Shown here: positions 1-9,630 of the stretch, one piece after another | Position numbering within the stretch: the stretch's first letter is position 1 | Layout: the number at the start of each line of letters is the position of its first letter | Origin: Candidatus Sericytochromatia bacterium | GTDB taxonomy: Bacteria; Cyanobacteriota; Sericytochromatia; S15B-MN24; UBA4093 | DNA length: 42,081 bases | Direction: 5' to 3' | Assembly (NCBI GenBank): GCA_036676985.1 | Contig: JAKFBU010000062.1 | Coordinates: 1-42,081 of the forward strand | Position numbers and translations under genes: made by a program | The notes under the pieces: model-generated | The model's input: the letters and a program-made list of their open reading frames with translations, nothing else | Databases searched by the model: none | Told to the model about the DNA's origin: nothing

Positions 1-2097
1 GACCCCCGCGGCATCGCCTTCGACGCCACGGGCAGCGCCTACGTCTCGGACGGCACGGCCAACCGGCTCTACCGGATCGACGCCACCTCGAGCGCCCCGG
101 TGAACGTCACCGTCTCGGGCGATGCGCTCAACAACCCGCGGGGCATCGCCTTCGGCTCCGACGGTCGCCTCTATGTGGCCAACTTCAACGCCAACAACGT
201 CCTGGGCGTCGCCATGAACGTCGCCGGCAACTCGGGCGCGAGCGCCATCTTCAAGCAGGGCCTGAGCGGCCCATGGGGCGTGGCCTTCGACTCGGTGGGC
301 AACATGTACGTCAGCAACAACCGGGGCAACTCGCTCTACCGCTGGCACAAGGACAGCGACACCATGTCGCCCTACGCCGACATGCCGACCCCGGGCGGCC
401 TGGTCGCCGACCGCTCGGGCTACGTGTACGCCATCGACAACTTCTCCAACAACCTCTACCGCATCACGTCGCTCGGGGACTCGGCGCTCTTCGCCAGCGG
501 CCTGAGCGCGCCCACCGGCATCGTGAAGGTCGGCGACGTCCTCTACGTGCTCAGCCGGACCAACAACAGCCTGGTGGCCGTGGACACCACCACCACGGCC
601 CTGAGCACCGTGGCGCGGGGCTTCAACCAGCCCATCGGACTCACCTACGACAACGTGCGCGACTGCTTCTACGTCACCAACGTGGGCAACGGCACCATCA
701 CGCGGGTCCAGCGCAGCAACGGAGCGGTCACGACCGTCATCACGGGCCTGCCCGGCTGGAACAGCGGTCCGGCGGGCATTGCCTACCGCGCCGGCAAGCT
801 CTACGTCTCGGTCGGCAGCTCGGTGCGCGCCTACGACGTGACCAACTTCGGGGCCGGCTATACCAGCAACACCTCGGTCATCGACCAGCTCAAGGGCCTG
901 AGCCGGGACAACTCGGCGAGCGCCAACGCGGGCTCCTTCTACATCGCCACGGGCACCAATCATCGGATCCTGCGCATCAACAACGATGCCATCAACACGG
1001 GGTTCAACAGCAAGGACGGCACCAACTACGTGGAGGTCTTCAAGGCCCAGGCCGACGACGCCAACCTCAACAACCCCCGGGACGTGGCCGTCGACGGCTC
1101 GGGCAACGTCTGGGTGGCCAACGAGAACAGCCACCGCCTGACGAGCTACAAGCCCGACGGCTCGATCCACGTGGCGGCCATCAACAGCGGCACCCAGCCG
1201 TTTGCCGTCAACTTCGACGGCACCTACATCTGGGTGGTCAACTACGGCTCCAAGAACCTCGTGGCCTACAACCCCGCCACCGGGACGGCGGCCATGACCC
1301 TCACCTGCGGAACGGATACGCCCCGCAACATCGCCTTCCGGGGGACCACCATGTACGTGGTCTGCAACGAGGGCATCGGCACCATCCCCAACTACGCCAC
1401 GACGGGCACCTACGGCCGCATCACCACCCTGGGCGCCAACTCCGCCGACATCGACGTGGCGAGCGACGGCACCATCTACGTGATGCGCAGCCAGGGCTAC
1501 CGCATCCCCGCCGACCTCAGCGGCGAGATCCAGTGGATCACCAACTACGACGGCCCCAACTTCATCTGGAAGATCCCGGGCCAGGACGACTTCTACTACA
1601 CGGACTACTACCGCTTCGGCAAGACCAGCCACGGCAACCACAACTACCGCATGTCCGGCTCACGCCGGGATGCCCATGGCTACCGCCTGGCGGGCGTCGA
1701 CTCGAACCTGAACGTCTACATCCAGGGCGGCACCACCTGCGGCAAGGATGCCACCACGCGGATCCAGCCCGGTGCCCGCCAGCGCGAGTGGTGGTACAGC
1801 GAGGACGACGGGGACTGCTACGACCAGACCCAGGGCGCCTTCGCCGCCGACGAGTCCGGGCAGCTCTTCATCGTCGTCTACCGCGGCATGGCCGTCCAGA
1901 AGCTGGACGCCACGGGCACCCAGACCAACGTCGTCGGTGGCCTGGGCTCGTCTTATACCTCGTACGGCCTGTGGTCCGACACCACGGGCTCGACCCTCTA
2001 CCAGACCAGCAGCTCGCACCACCGCGTCGACCTGATCAACGTGGCGGCCAAGACCCGCACCATTCAGCCCTACGGGCTGAGCGGCGCGGAAATGTAG
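1..2097 (+). CDS. NHL-repeat / beta-propeller surface protein, 5' truncated by window edge
   Basis: Frame +1 is open from base 1 (DPRGIAFDATGSAYVSD...). Repeated PxGIAFDxxGxLYV NHL-like motifs. TAG at 2095-2097. Confidence 0.85.
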   Translation, partial: DPRGIAFDATGSAYVSDGTANRLYRIDATSSAPVNVTVSGDALNNPRGIAFGSDGRLYVANFNANNVLGVAMNVAGNSGASAIFKQGLSGPWGVAFDSVGNMYVSNNRGNSLYRWHKDSDTMSPYADMPTPGGLVADRSGYVYAIDNFSNNLYRITSLGDSALFASGLSAPTGIVKVGDVLYVLSRTNNSLVAVDTTTTALSTVARGFNQPIGLTYDNVRDCFYVTNVGNGTITRVQRSNGAVTTVITGLPGWNSGPAGIAYRAGKLYVSVGSSVRAYDVTNFGAGYTSNTSVIDQLKGLSRDNSASANAGSFYIATGTNHRILRINNDAINTGFNSKDGTNYVEVFKAQADDANLNNPRDVAVDGSGNVWVANENSHRLTSYKPDGSIHVAAINSGTQPFAVNFDGTYIWVVNYGSKNLVAYNPATGTAAMTLTCGTDTPRNIAFRGTTMYVVCNEGIGTIPNYATTGTYGRITTLGANSADIDVASDGTIYVMRSQGYRIPADLSGEIQWITNYDGPNFIWKIPGQDDFYYTDYYRFGKTSHGNHNYRMSGSRRDAHGYRLAGVDSNLNVYIQGGTTCGKDATTRIQPGARQREWWYSEDDGDCYDQTQGAFAADESGQLFIVVYRGMAVQKLDATGTQTNVVGGLGSSYTSYGLWSDTTGSTLYQTSSSHHRVDLINVAAKTRTIQPYGLSGAEM

Positions 2098-2108
2098 GAG
2101 ATTCACGC

Positions 2109-5100
2109 ATGCTGCGTCGCTTGCTCACCATCGCCGTCGCCTCGTTCATGCTGGCGGGCTGCCTCAAGCCCATCGCCAGCACGCTGACGAGACCGGACCA
2201 GACCGTGACCGCCCTGTCGGCCGCGCACCTGCATGGGCAGATCGGCACCATGAAGGGCTATCACGTCCAGCTCACGGACCTCCTCGAGGACTTCGCCAAG
2301 GGTGCGACCGTCTCCCTCATCGAGGTCTCCACCGGCAACACGGTCGGTACGTCGATCGCCGACGCGAGCGGATCCTTCGTCATCAAGTTCGGAGCCTCGT
2401 TCACCGCCAAGCGGGCCAATCCGACCGACGCGCGCTCGATCGGCTACTACCTGGAGGCCGTCAAGGGCCTCCAGGGCGGCAACTCCGCGCCCAACCAGGC
2501 GGGAGCGGACGCCATGCGCCTCCGGACGCTCATCTGGTACGACTTTGCGAACAACGGCTGGATCAGCCTCGGCAACCAGACGCCGGGCCCCATCAACGTG
2601 AGCATCGGCACCACCTCCGTCGCCTTCTACATCAACCAGCAGCTGGTCAACGCCCAGGCCGTGACCCCGGAGGCCTACATCGGCTCCCTGAACACCCTGG
2701 TCGATCCCCCCGCCTACCTGGGCGCGGGCGCGGGCGTGCTCGCGGGCACCGGCGTCCGCAACCTCGCGGCCGACATGTACTCGGACCTTTTCACCCAGAT
2801 CACCAATGCCGTGGCCAAGGACCAGGATCCGCTGCACTCGATCGTGCTCAGCCCCTCCGGCGGAGCGGTCAACACCCAGACGAGCTTCACCTTCGCCGGC
2901 ATGTCCCCGCTCGCCGGCAGCATCGGCACGACCGTCACCATCGCCGGCACCGGCTTCGAGCCCGGCAACATGACCGTCAACTTCGTCGGCGCCGCGGCCA
3001 CCATCAACGTGGGCTCGAGCAACGCCACCACCCTGGTGGTCAACGTCCCGGCGGGCGCGCGCAGCGGCCTCATCCAGCTCACGCTGAACGGCGTCAACAC
3101 CTACTCCACGCCCTTCAGCGTCACGAGCCACGACGGCCACCTCGTGTACTTCACGGATGCCGGCGGCAATACGACCCTCTACTCGGTCACCAACAGCCTG
3201 GGCACACTGGTCCGGGTGAACCCGAACGGCAGCACCTACACGCTCAGCACGGCCCTCTCGTCGCCCCGCGGCGTGCTCGTGAACCCGGAGGGCGCGACGT
3301 CCGCCCCCTACAAGATTTACGTGGCCAATGGCGACAACCGCGTGGTCCAGATGGACAGCACGGGGGCCATGCTCGATGCCAGCTGGCTCGCGGTCACGGA
3401 TCCGTACGCCCTCTCGCTAGGGCCGGACGGCGACCTCTACGTGGCCCAGCGCAGCTCCAACCAGATCACGCGCTTCGACGTGAACTGGGCGGCCGGGACC
3501 CTGACGGGCACCGTCGCCACCTACACCGGCTTCTCGGCGCCTTCGGCCCTCGCCTTCGACCCGAGCGGCTACCTCTATGCGGTCGAGACGGCCCAGGGTC
3601 GGGTGGTCCGCTTCCGCCCCCAGGCCGGGGACACCGGCAGCGTCGCCCTGTCGCCCGTGGTCTATCCCACGGCGCCCACCGCCCCGCACAACTGCGAGGT
3701 CTGGGCCTACGTGCCGGATCCCCAGGGCATCGCCATCGACACGGCCGGCAACAGCTTCGTCACGAGCCAATCCAACAACGTCGTGATGCGGGTCGATCCG
3801 GTGGGCAACCTGACCTCCTTCGCGGGCGTGAGCGGGGCCCGGTCCATCGCCCGCGACGCCGCGGGCAACCTCTACGTAAGCGAGCAGACCCGCAACTTGA
3901 TCCGCCGCATCACCCTCGCCGGCGACCAGCGCATCCATGCCTTCGGCCTCTCGGGTCTGCGGGGCCTGGCGGTCGACGGCTCGAACAACCTGTACGTCTC
4001 GTTGTCCAACGTGGGCGCCATCCTCAAGGTCGACAGCGATCTCAAGACGACGTCCTCGCTCATCTCGGGCATCGCGCCGCCGTCGGGCCTCACGTTCCGC
4101 AACGGCAAGCTCTACATCGCCCACAACGACGACGGTACGCCGAACAAGCCGTGCTGCGGAGGCAACAACGGCCCCTCCGTCAGCGAGGTGGAGCTCTCTG
4201 GCGCCGCTCGTTCGGTGCTCACGTCCGGGATCTACTGGCCCGGCGCCGCCGAAGTCAGCGACGACGGCGCCACGTACTACGTGGGACGGGTCTACGGCAC
4301 GTACGGCGCCTGGCCCGACTCCATGTGGTGGTACAACACCTGGGACAACGCCGGCATCAACGTCGTCAACCCCGGGGCCGGGACCAACGTCCACCGGCGG
4401 CCGGTCGTGCCCCAGTTCAGCGCCGACGGCTACTGGAACACGCTTGCACAATCGATTGAGCGGGTGGATGTCGATCGCTGGCTCTACACGAGCTCGGTCC
4501 GCAAGAAGCTCGTCATGTCCGTCCGGCTGAACGGCCGGGACGGCACCAACGAGTGGCGCGACATCACGCCCCCCGGCTTCACGAACAAGGTCTTCCCGAA
4601 CGACATCTACGACGTGGTCTACGACGGTAGCCAGTACGCCTACGTCGCGTGCCGGGACGGCAACATCTACCGGATCGACCTGAACAACGTCACGGGCGTC
4701 CCCGGCACCATCTCGGTCCCGGGCGGCTACCCCTTCGGCATGACCATGGTGGGCGGCACGCTGTACGCCACCGACCCGGGCGCCAACAAGATCCACGCGA
4801 TCGCCTCGCCCGCGACGGCCACCACCGTGACGAGCTCGACCGCCGCGGCCGCCGTGGCGCAGCCCCGTGGCATCACCAACTATGGCGGCACCCTGTACGT
4901 CACGGACTACACCAACCGCCAGATCATGGCCGTCACGCCGGGCACCTGGGCGGTGGCGACGCACATCACGGGCCTCGCCGGCAGCCCCACGCGGGTGCGG
5001 GCCTTCAACGACGGCCGGCTCCTGGTCCGGGTGAGCGACGGCGTCATCTACCAGATCTCGACGGGCACCCCCGCCGCCACGGCCTACCGATCCACGATCG

Positions 5101-5579
5101 GCTGCACGGGTTGCGACTCGTACGAGTTCTACATCGACGCCTCCAACGGCGTGCACTGGGGCTACCCGATGCGCTGCTGGCAGCGCGGCAACGATGGCCT
5201 GCTGCATACGCACTCGGTCATCCGGGATGGGGACTGGCTCTACATGGGCGCCACCAACGCCATGTACGCCATGAACCTCAACACCGGCAACGACCTGGTC
5301 ATCAACGGCATCGGCAACGTCTTCGGCGTCGCGGTGGATCCCGACACGCGCATGCTCTTCACGGGCAGCACGGGCGGCGAGATCTACGGCATCGACGGCA
5401 CCACCCGGGTCATCTCCAATGGACCTGACCTGAACCAGGCCATCTGGGGCATGGCCTACAACAACGGCAACGACCGCCTGTACGTGGCGGCCAACGGCAA
5501 CAACTCGCTCTACGAGGTGAACCCCAGCGGCTGGACCCAGTCCCAACTCAAAGTGGGGCTGAATTCGCCGATGTTCTAG
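2109..5579 (+). CDS. Large lipoprotein with N-terminal domain, IPT/TIG domain and many NHL/beta-propeller repeats (~1156 aa)
   Basis: TAGGAG RBS before ATG 2109. Signal peptide with lipobox MLAGC. IPT-like SPLAGSIGTTVTIAGTGF. Repeated PxGIAxDxxGNxYV motifs. The upstream extension to 273 is a shadow of the previous gene. Confidence 0.85.
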   Translation: MLRRLLTIAVASFMLAGCLKPIASTLTRPDQTVTALSAAHLHGQIGTMKGYHVQLTDLLEDFAKGATVSLIEVSTGNTVGTSIADASGSFVIKFGASFTAKRANPTDARSIGYYLEAVKGLQGGNSAPNQAGADAMRLRTLIWYDFANNGWISLGNQTPGPINVSIGTTSVAFYINQQLVNAQAVTPEAYIGSLNTLVDPPAYLGAGAGVLAGTGVRNLAADMYSDLFTQITNAVAKDQDPLHSIVLSPSGGAVNTQTSFTFAGMSPLAGSIGTTVTIAGTGFEPGNMTVNFVGAAATINVGSSNATTLVVNVPAGARSGLIQLTLNGVNTYSTPFSVTSHDGHLVYFTDAGGNTTLYSVTNSLGTLVRVNPNGSTYTLSTALSSPRGVLVNPEGATSAPYKIYVANGDNRVVQMDSTGAMLDASWLAVTDPYALSLGPDGDLYVAQRSSNQITRFDVNWAAGTLTGTVATYTGFSAPSALAFDPSGYLYAVETAQGRVVRFRPQAGDTGSVALSPVVYPTAPTAPHNCEVWAYVPDPQGIAIDTAGNSFVTSQSNNVVMRVDPVGNLTSFAGVSGARSIARDAAGNLYVSEQTRNLIRRITLAGDQRIHAFGLSGLRGLAVDGSNNLYVSLSNVGAILKVDSDLKTTSSLISGIAPPSGLTFRNGKLYIAHNDDGTPNKPCCGGNNGPSVSEVELSGAARSVLTSGIYWPGAAEVSDDGATYYVGRVYGTYGAWPDSMWWYNTWDNAGINVVNPGAGTNVHRRPVVPQFSADGYWNTLAQSIERVDVDRWLYTSSVRKKLVMSVRLNGRDGTNEWRDITPPGFTNKVFPNDIYDVVYDGSQYAYVACRDGNIYRIDLNNVTGVPGTISVPGGYPFGMTMVGGTLYATDPGANKIHAIASPATATTVTSSTAAAAVAQPRGITNYGGTLYVTDYTNRQIMAVTPGTWAVATHITGLAGSPTRVRAFNDGRLLVRVSDGVIYQISTGTPAATAYRSTIGCTGCDSYEFYIDASNGVHWGYPMRCWQRGNDGLLHTHSVIRDGDWLYMGATNAMYAMNLNTGNDLVINGIGNVFGVAVDPDTRMLFTGSTGGEIYGIDGTTRVISNGPDLNQAIWGMAYNNGNDRLYVAANGNNSLYEVNPSGWTQSQLKVGLNSPMF

Positions 5580-5588
5580 GTGGTGAAC

Positions 5589-5966
5589 ATGAAGGCCTAC
5601 CGATACCGACTCGCGCCCCTGCTGCTGATGGCGCTCGTCACCATCCTCAGCGGATGCCCGGAGCCCATCGACGATCCGGTCGGAACGACCGGGCGCCGCC
5701 GGCCCACGCCCACCCCGCTCGGAGGGCAGGTAGGCGGCGCCACGCCCGTGCCGCAGGACGGCAATCCGGCGGGCAACGTCACGGGCAAGGTGCCGACCCC
5801 GACGCCCACCGGGGGAGCGACTCCTTCGCCGAGCCCGTCTCCGACCCGGGCCCCGATCCAGACGCCGGTCCCCGCGGAGACCAACACCCCGGCGCCTGAT
5901 CCGAGCCCCACCGAGTTCAATCCGGTCGGCGAGAATCCCTTCGTCACGCCCTTACCCGAGCCCTAA
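5589..5966 (+). CDS. Pro/Thr-rich small lipoprotein
   Basis: AGGTGG RBS, ATG 5589, lipobox ILSGC, PTPTP/PSPSP low-complexity body. Confidence 0.7.
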   Translation: MKAYRYRLAPLLLMALVTILSGCPEPIDDPVGTTGRRRPTPTPLGGQVGGATPVPQDGNPAGNVTGKVPTPTPTGGATPSPSPSPTRAPIQTPVPAETNTPAPDPSPTEFNPVGENPFVTPLPEP

Positions 5967-5969
5967 GTG

Positions 5970-6006
5970 TCATCCCCCCGGCGACTTGCCGGGGGGATGA
6001 TTTCTT
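5970..6006 (+). terminator. Intrinsic terminator between convergent genes
   Basis: 13-bp stem tcatccccccggc/gccggggggatga followed by tttctt. Confidence 0.75.
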
Positions 6007-6025
6007 AGGGCCCTTCAGGGGTGAG

Positions 6026-6403
6026 CTAAGCCTTGTTGGCGTGGTCGAGGAGCTCGATCTCATAGCCGTCCGGGTCCTCGATGAAGGCCATGAAGCCGGA
6101 GCTCGTCTCCATGGGCTCCTCGGTGATCTTCACTCCGCGCGCCCGCATCTCCTCGACGGCCCGGGGGACGGAGTCCACCAGGAACGCGATGTGGAAGATG
6201 TCCTCGGCGAGCCGGAAGTCGGGGTCCCAGGGCAGGAAGGCAAGCTCGAGCTCGGTGCCGCCGTCCGGCAGGCGCAGGTGCGCCAGCTGCGAGCCGCGCG
6301 GCGAGCTGTGCCGTACCCGCACCTGGAAGCCGAAGTTGTCTTCGTAGAAGCGGACGGAACGCTCCAGGTCGCGGACCTTGAGCCGGGTGTGCAGGAATTT
6401 CAT
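6026..6403 (-). CDS. VOC family protein (lactoylglutathione lyase / glyoxalase I-like)
   Basis: FLHTRLKVRDLERSVRFY...HIAF...AFIEDPDGYEIEL metal-binding motifs. GGAGGT RBS. Confidence 0.85.
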   Translation of the reverse strand: MKFLHTRLKVRDLERSVRFYEDNFGFQVRVRHSSPRGSQLAHLRLPDGGTELELAFLPWDPDFRLAEDIFHIAFLVDSVPRAVEEMRARGVKITEEPMETSSGFMAFIEDPDGYEIELLDHANKA

Positions 6404-6478
6404 GAGGGGCACCTCCAATCGCCATTGAGCCGCGGGCGCTGATCGCCCGGCATCCTACCATCCGGGCAGCCAGAACGC

Positions 6479-6512
6479 AAAAAGCGACGGGCCCTTCTTT
6501 CGAAGGGCCCGT
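6479..6512 (-). terminator. Terminator downstream of tRNA-Gly
   Basis: acgggcccttc/gaagggcccgt stem with a nearby U-tract on the minus strand. Confidence 0.7.
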
Positions 6513-6516
6513 TCAG

Positions 6517-6588
6517 AGCGGATGAAGAGATTCGAACTCTCGACCCCCTCCTTGGCAAGGAGGTGTTCTACCACTGAACTACATCCGC
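6517..6588 (-). tRNA. tRNA-Gly(GCC), CCA not encoded
   Basis: GCGGATG-TAGTTCAGTGGTAGAAC-ACCTCC-TTGCCAA-GGAGG-GGGTC-GAGAG-TTCGAAT-CTCTT-CATCCGC-T folds into a canonical cloverleaf. Confidence 0.97.
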
Positions 6589-6606
6589 GTTGCTTGGTAT
6601 GTACCT

Positions 6607-6635
6607 ACTATAACCGTTCCATGCCGGTCTGTCAA
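6607..6635 (-). promoter_or_regulatory. sigma70 promoter of tRNA-Gly
   Basis: TTGACA-N17-TATAGT on the minus strand, 18 nt upstream of the tRNA. Confidence 0.8.
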
Positions 6636-6728
6636 ATGCTTGACCCAAAATTTCCTCCAATTTAAGGCTTTGGCCCCCACGACCCTCCTCCAGGGCGCAC
6701 AGCGCCTGGCTTGGAGGACGCGCAAGGG

Positions 6729-6737
6729 TGATATAAT
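6729..6737 (+). promoter_or_regulatory. Extended -10 promoter of prfA
   Basis: TGaTATAAT about 32 nt upstream of ATG 6770. Confidence 0.6.
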
Positions 6738-6769
6738 GAAACGATTGATGCCCCCGATAGGTGAGGACC

Positions 6770-7864
6770 ATGCTCGAAAAGATTCAAATCGACAAGCTGC
6801 ACGAGGTGGAGCGCGCGTACCACGATCTGGGCGAGCGCCTCAGCGACCCCGTCGTGCTCTCCAACCAGGAGCAGCTCCGCAAGTACGCCAAGGCCCGCTC
6901 CGACATGGAGGTGACGGTCGAGCTGTTCCACGCCTGGCAGGAAGCGACCAAGCAGCTCGCGGACGCCCAGGCCATGCGCCGTACGGAGAATGACCCCGAG
7001 CTGCGCGAGATGATCGAGCTCGAGCTCCAGGAGCTGGAGCCCAAGGTCGTGGATCTCGAGAAGAAGCTGACCATCCGGCTGTTGCCCCGCGACCCCAACG
7101 ACGACAAGGACATCATCATCGAGATCCGCGGCGGCGCGGGCGGCGACGAGGCGGCGCTCTTCGCGGGCGACCTGTTGCGCATGTACACCCGCTACGCCGA
7201 CAGCCGCGGCTGGAAAACCGAGCTCATGTACCTCAACGAGCAGGAGCTCGGCGGCGTCAAGGAAGCCTCCCTGTCGGTCAAGGGCGACGGCGTCTACTCG
7301 CGCATGAAGTGGGAGTCGGGCGTGCACCGCGTGCAGCGTGTGCCCGTCACCGAGGCCTCGGGCCGCATCCACACCTCGACGGCCACCGTGGCGGTCCTGC
7401 CCGAGGCCGAGGAGGTCGAGTTCGAGATCAACCAGTCGGACCTGCGCTTCGACACCTTCCGGTCGGGCGGCGCCGGCGGCCAGAACGTCAACAAGGTCGA
7501 ATCGGGCGTGCGCGTCACCCACATCCCCACCGGCCTCGCGGTGGCCTGTACGGTCGAGCGCTCGCAGCTCCAGAACAAGGCGCGCGCCCTCGAGCTGTTG
7601 CGCACCCGCCTCTACGACATGAAGGTCCAGGAGGCCGAGAGCGCCTACGCCTCCGAGCGCAAGAGCCAGGTGGGCACGGGCGATCGCTCCGAGCGCATCC
7701 GCACCTACAACTTCCCGGAGAACCGCGTGAGCGACCATCGCATCAAGCTCACGCTCAACAAGCTCGACCGCATCTTGAACGGCGACCTGGACGAGGTGCT
7801 CGATGCCCTCATCTCGGCCGACCAGTCCGAGAAGCTCCAGCAGCTCACCGAGCAGCCGGTCTAA
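6770..7864 (+). CDS. prfA: Peptide chain release factor 1
   Basis: [25 protein letters not shown] (RF1-type PxT), [22 protein letters not shown]. Confidence 0.97.
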   Translation: MLEKIQIDKLHEVERAYHDLGERLSDPVVLSNQEQLRKYAKARSDMEVTVELFHAWQEATKQLADAQAMRRTENDPELREMIELELQELEPKVVDLEKKLTIRLLPRDPNDDKDIIIEIRGGAGGDEAALFAGDLLRMYTRYADSRGWKTELMYLNEQELGGVKEASLSVKGDGVYSRMKWESGVHRVQRVPVTEASGRIHTSTATVAVLPEAEEVEFEINQSDLRFDTFRSGGAGGQNVNKVESGVRVTHIPTGLAVACTVERSQLQNKARALELLRTRLYDMKVQEAESAYASERKSQVGTGDRSERIRTYNFPENRVSDHRIKLTLNKLDRILNGDLDEVLDALISADQSEKLQQLTEQPV

Positions 7865-7872
7865 GCCCCGTC

Positions 7873-7907
7873 AAAAAGCCCCCGCGGCCAGGCCGCGGGG
7901 GCTTTTT
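7873..7907. terminator. Bidirectional intrinsic terminator
   Basis: aaaaagcccccgcggcc-a-ggccgcgggggcttttt between convergent genes. Confidence 0.9.
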
Positions 7908-7917
7908 CGTGCGGATG

Positions 7918-9294
7918 CTAGAACTGGAAGGTGCCCCCGACCTTGAGGCCGTAGACGAGCTGGGAGCCTGCGGCGCCGAGCAGGTAGCTGCGGGCCGTGC
8001 CCTCGGTGAAGAGGCGCATGCCGCCCATCCCGAAGCCGAGGCCCAGCGATCCGATGGCCTCCGAGCCCGAGATGGGCGCGACGACCTGACCTTCGGTCCG
8101 GGTATCGACGCGGTTGACCGTCGTGCCCGCGGTGTAGCCGCCCGCGCCCGCGCCGGCGGTGGTGACGTTCTGGGTCACCTCGTTGCTGACGACCGTCACC
8201 GTGTTGGTGGTGGCGGTGCCGATCAGGACCGGTGCGTAGCCGACCTGCGAGTAGACCTGCATGCCGCCCAGGGCGTAGGTGGCGTTGAGGCCGAGCACGG
8301 GCCCGAGCGCGAACAGCGACATGTTCGAAGCGTAGGACTGGTTGTACTTCCAGGAGCGCGTGACGGTGGCCGTGTCGGCCGCCGTGGCCCCGACCGCATT
8401 CTCGGTCTCGGAGGCCACATCCCCCGAGTTGTTGGCGCCGGTGGTCTTGGCCGTGAAGCTGCGGCTCTCGAAGGCCGTCGGAATGGTGAAGCCGCCGAAG
8501 AACGACACGGCGCCCGACGGATTGTCCCAGACGACGTAGTTGGCGTTCAGGCCCACGTCGTTGAGCCAGAAGGTCCGGCCCTGGGTGTAGGACGCGCCGC
8601 CCGTCGAGGTGAACGTGCTGTTGGGGGCCGCGGCCGCGCTGGTGCCCGAGCGCAGCACGAAGGCCGACGCCCCGGCGGGGGTGGTGAAGCCGCCGTAGGT
8701 GGTCGATACCACCGTGCTGCCGGCACCGCCCGTCGGGCCGATGGTGGTGGTGAGGGTGCCGACCCCGAGGCCCGCCCCCGGGGTGATGGAGATGGTCTCG
8801 CCCACCACCGTGGTCTGGGCGCCCGAGACCGTCGTGAGGAAGGTGCTGGCCTGCTGGCCGTTCAGGTGCTGGATGTTGGTCGTCTGGCCGGCGTTGAGGT
8901 AGGCACCGAACAGGTTCGCACCGAGACCGAGGCGATCCGCGCCCCACCAGGTGCCGTCCACCCCGTACATGAGGCCGATGCCGTCGCCGAAGGAGCCGAA
9001 GTTGCTCACCGACGGGCTCGCGTTCGAGGTCGTGGTGGTGGTCGTGCCCTGGGTGGTCGTGTTGGTGGTGGTCTTGGACTGCGTGCGGGCGAGCGACGTG
9101 TTGGCGTTGCCGGCCTCGAAGGCCGGGCCGATGAAGAGGCGCAGCTCGGTGCCCGTGCGTGCGCCGGCCGCCGGCGAGGTGGCGGCCGCCGGCGCTGCGG
9201 TCGAGTTGGAGCGGCGGATCTGGGCGTGGCCGGGGGCGGCCGAGAGGCCCACCAGGCTCACGCTGAGGGCCACGGGCAGGATGATGTGCTTCAA
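7918..9294 (-). CDS. Secreted Thr/Gly-rich protein, probable outer-membrane beta-barrel
   Basis: GGAG RBS, TTG start, Sec signal (..APGHA/Q), alternating amphipathic strands, C-terminal YGLKVGGTFQF ending in Phe. Confidence 0.7.
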   Translation of the reverse strand: MKHIILPVALSVSLVGLSAAPGHAQIRRSNSTAAPAAATSPAAGARTGTELRLFIGPAFEAGNANTSLARTQSKTTTNTTTQGTTTTTTSNASPSVSNFGSFGDGIGLMYGVDGTWWGADRLGLGANLFGAYLNAGQTTNIQHLNGQQASTFLTTVSGAQTTVVGETISITPGAGLGVGTLTTTIGPTGGAGSTVVSTTYGGFTTPAGASAFVLRSGTSAAAAPNSTFTSTGGASYTQGRTFWLNDVGLNANYVVWDNPSGAVSFFGGFTIPTAFESRSFTAKTTGANNSGDVASETENAVGATAADTATVTRSWKYNQSYASNMSLFALGPVLGLNATYALGGMQVYSQVGYAPVLIGTATTNTVTVVSNEVTQNVTTAGAGAGGYTAGTTVNRVDTRTEGQVVAPISGSEAIGSLGLGFGMGGMRLFTEGTARSYLLGAAGSQLVYGLKVGGTFQF

Positions 9295-9375
9295 ACGAGG
9301 ACTCCTTAATCGTGTCGGGATGCGGCGACGGTGTAACGAATGATAACGCCTGCTCGCGAACCTGCCAAGAAAGCG

Positions 9376-9401
9376 AAAAACCCCGGCCGAACGGCCGGGG
9401 T
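9376..9401 (-). terminator. Terminator downstream of tRNA-Sec
   Basis: ccccggcc/ggccgggg stem followed by TTTTT on the minus strand. Confidence 0.8.
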
Positions 9402-9407
9402 CAGGAG

Positions 9408-9501
9408 CGGAGGCGTGTAGGAATCGAACCTACCAAGGCCGGGTGAACCGACCTTCGCTGGTTTTGAAGACCAGAGGGCCCACCAGGACCCCTTCGCCTC
9501 C
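9408..9501 (-). tRNA. selC: tRNA-Sec (UCA), intact copy
   Basis: GGAGGCGA-AG-GGGTCC TGGT GGGCCC-T-CTGGT CTTCAAA ACCAG-CG-AAGGTCGG TTCAC CCGGCCTT-G-GTAGG TTCGATT CCTAC-ACGCCTCC-G: UCA anticodon, 6-bp D stem/4-nt loop, long variable arm. selA/selB are nearby. Confidence 0.95.
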
Positions 9502-9504
9502 CTG
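9445..9504. repeat. att direct repeat copy 1 (5' 57 nt of tRNA-Sec + 3 nt leader)
   Basis: gaaccgaccttcgctggttttgaagaccagagggcccaccaggaccccttcgcctccctg is identical to 16112-16171. Confidence 0.95.
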
Positions 9505-9516
9505 AACAACCTAAGC

Positions 9517-9545
9517 ATCATACCATGCCCGTTTGAGGTTCCCAA
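9517..9545 (-). promoter_or_regulatory. Element-supplied promoter for the intact tRNA-Sec
   Basis: TTGGGA-N17-TATGAT with TGn extended -10 (tgG TATGAT), 15 nt upstream of the tRNA 5' end and inside the element. Confidence 0.65.
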
Positions 9546-9630
9546 GTGGGCTTCGCCCCACCGCAAACCAGCGTATCCGCTAGTTCTGTTTCTGCCGTTG
9601 AAGACTTCGATGAATATAGGAGGAGTCTTC

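Noticed and set aside
273-2108. Upstream extension making a 1768-aa ORF
   Set aside because: Arg/His/Gln-rich off-frame shadow of the first NHL gene. The real start is ATG 2109, with RBS and lipoprotein signal.
7309-9309. 666-aa plus-strand ORF and the many other long overlapping or antisense ORFs (e.g. 3417-5546, 16487-18727, 35674-37929)
   Set aside because: High-GC shadow frames of well-supported genes, with no motifs.
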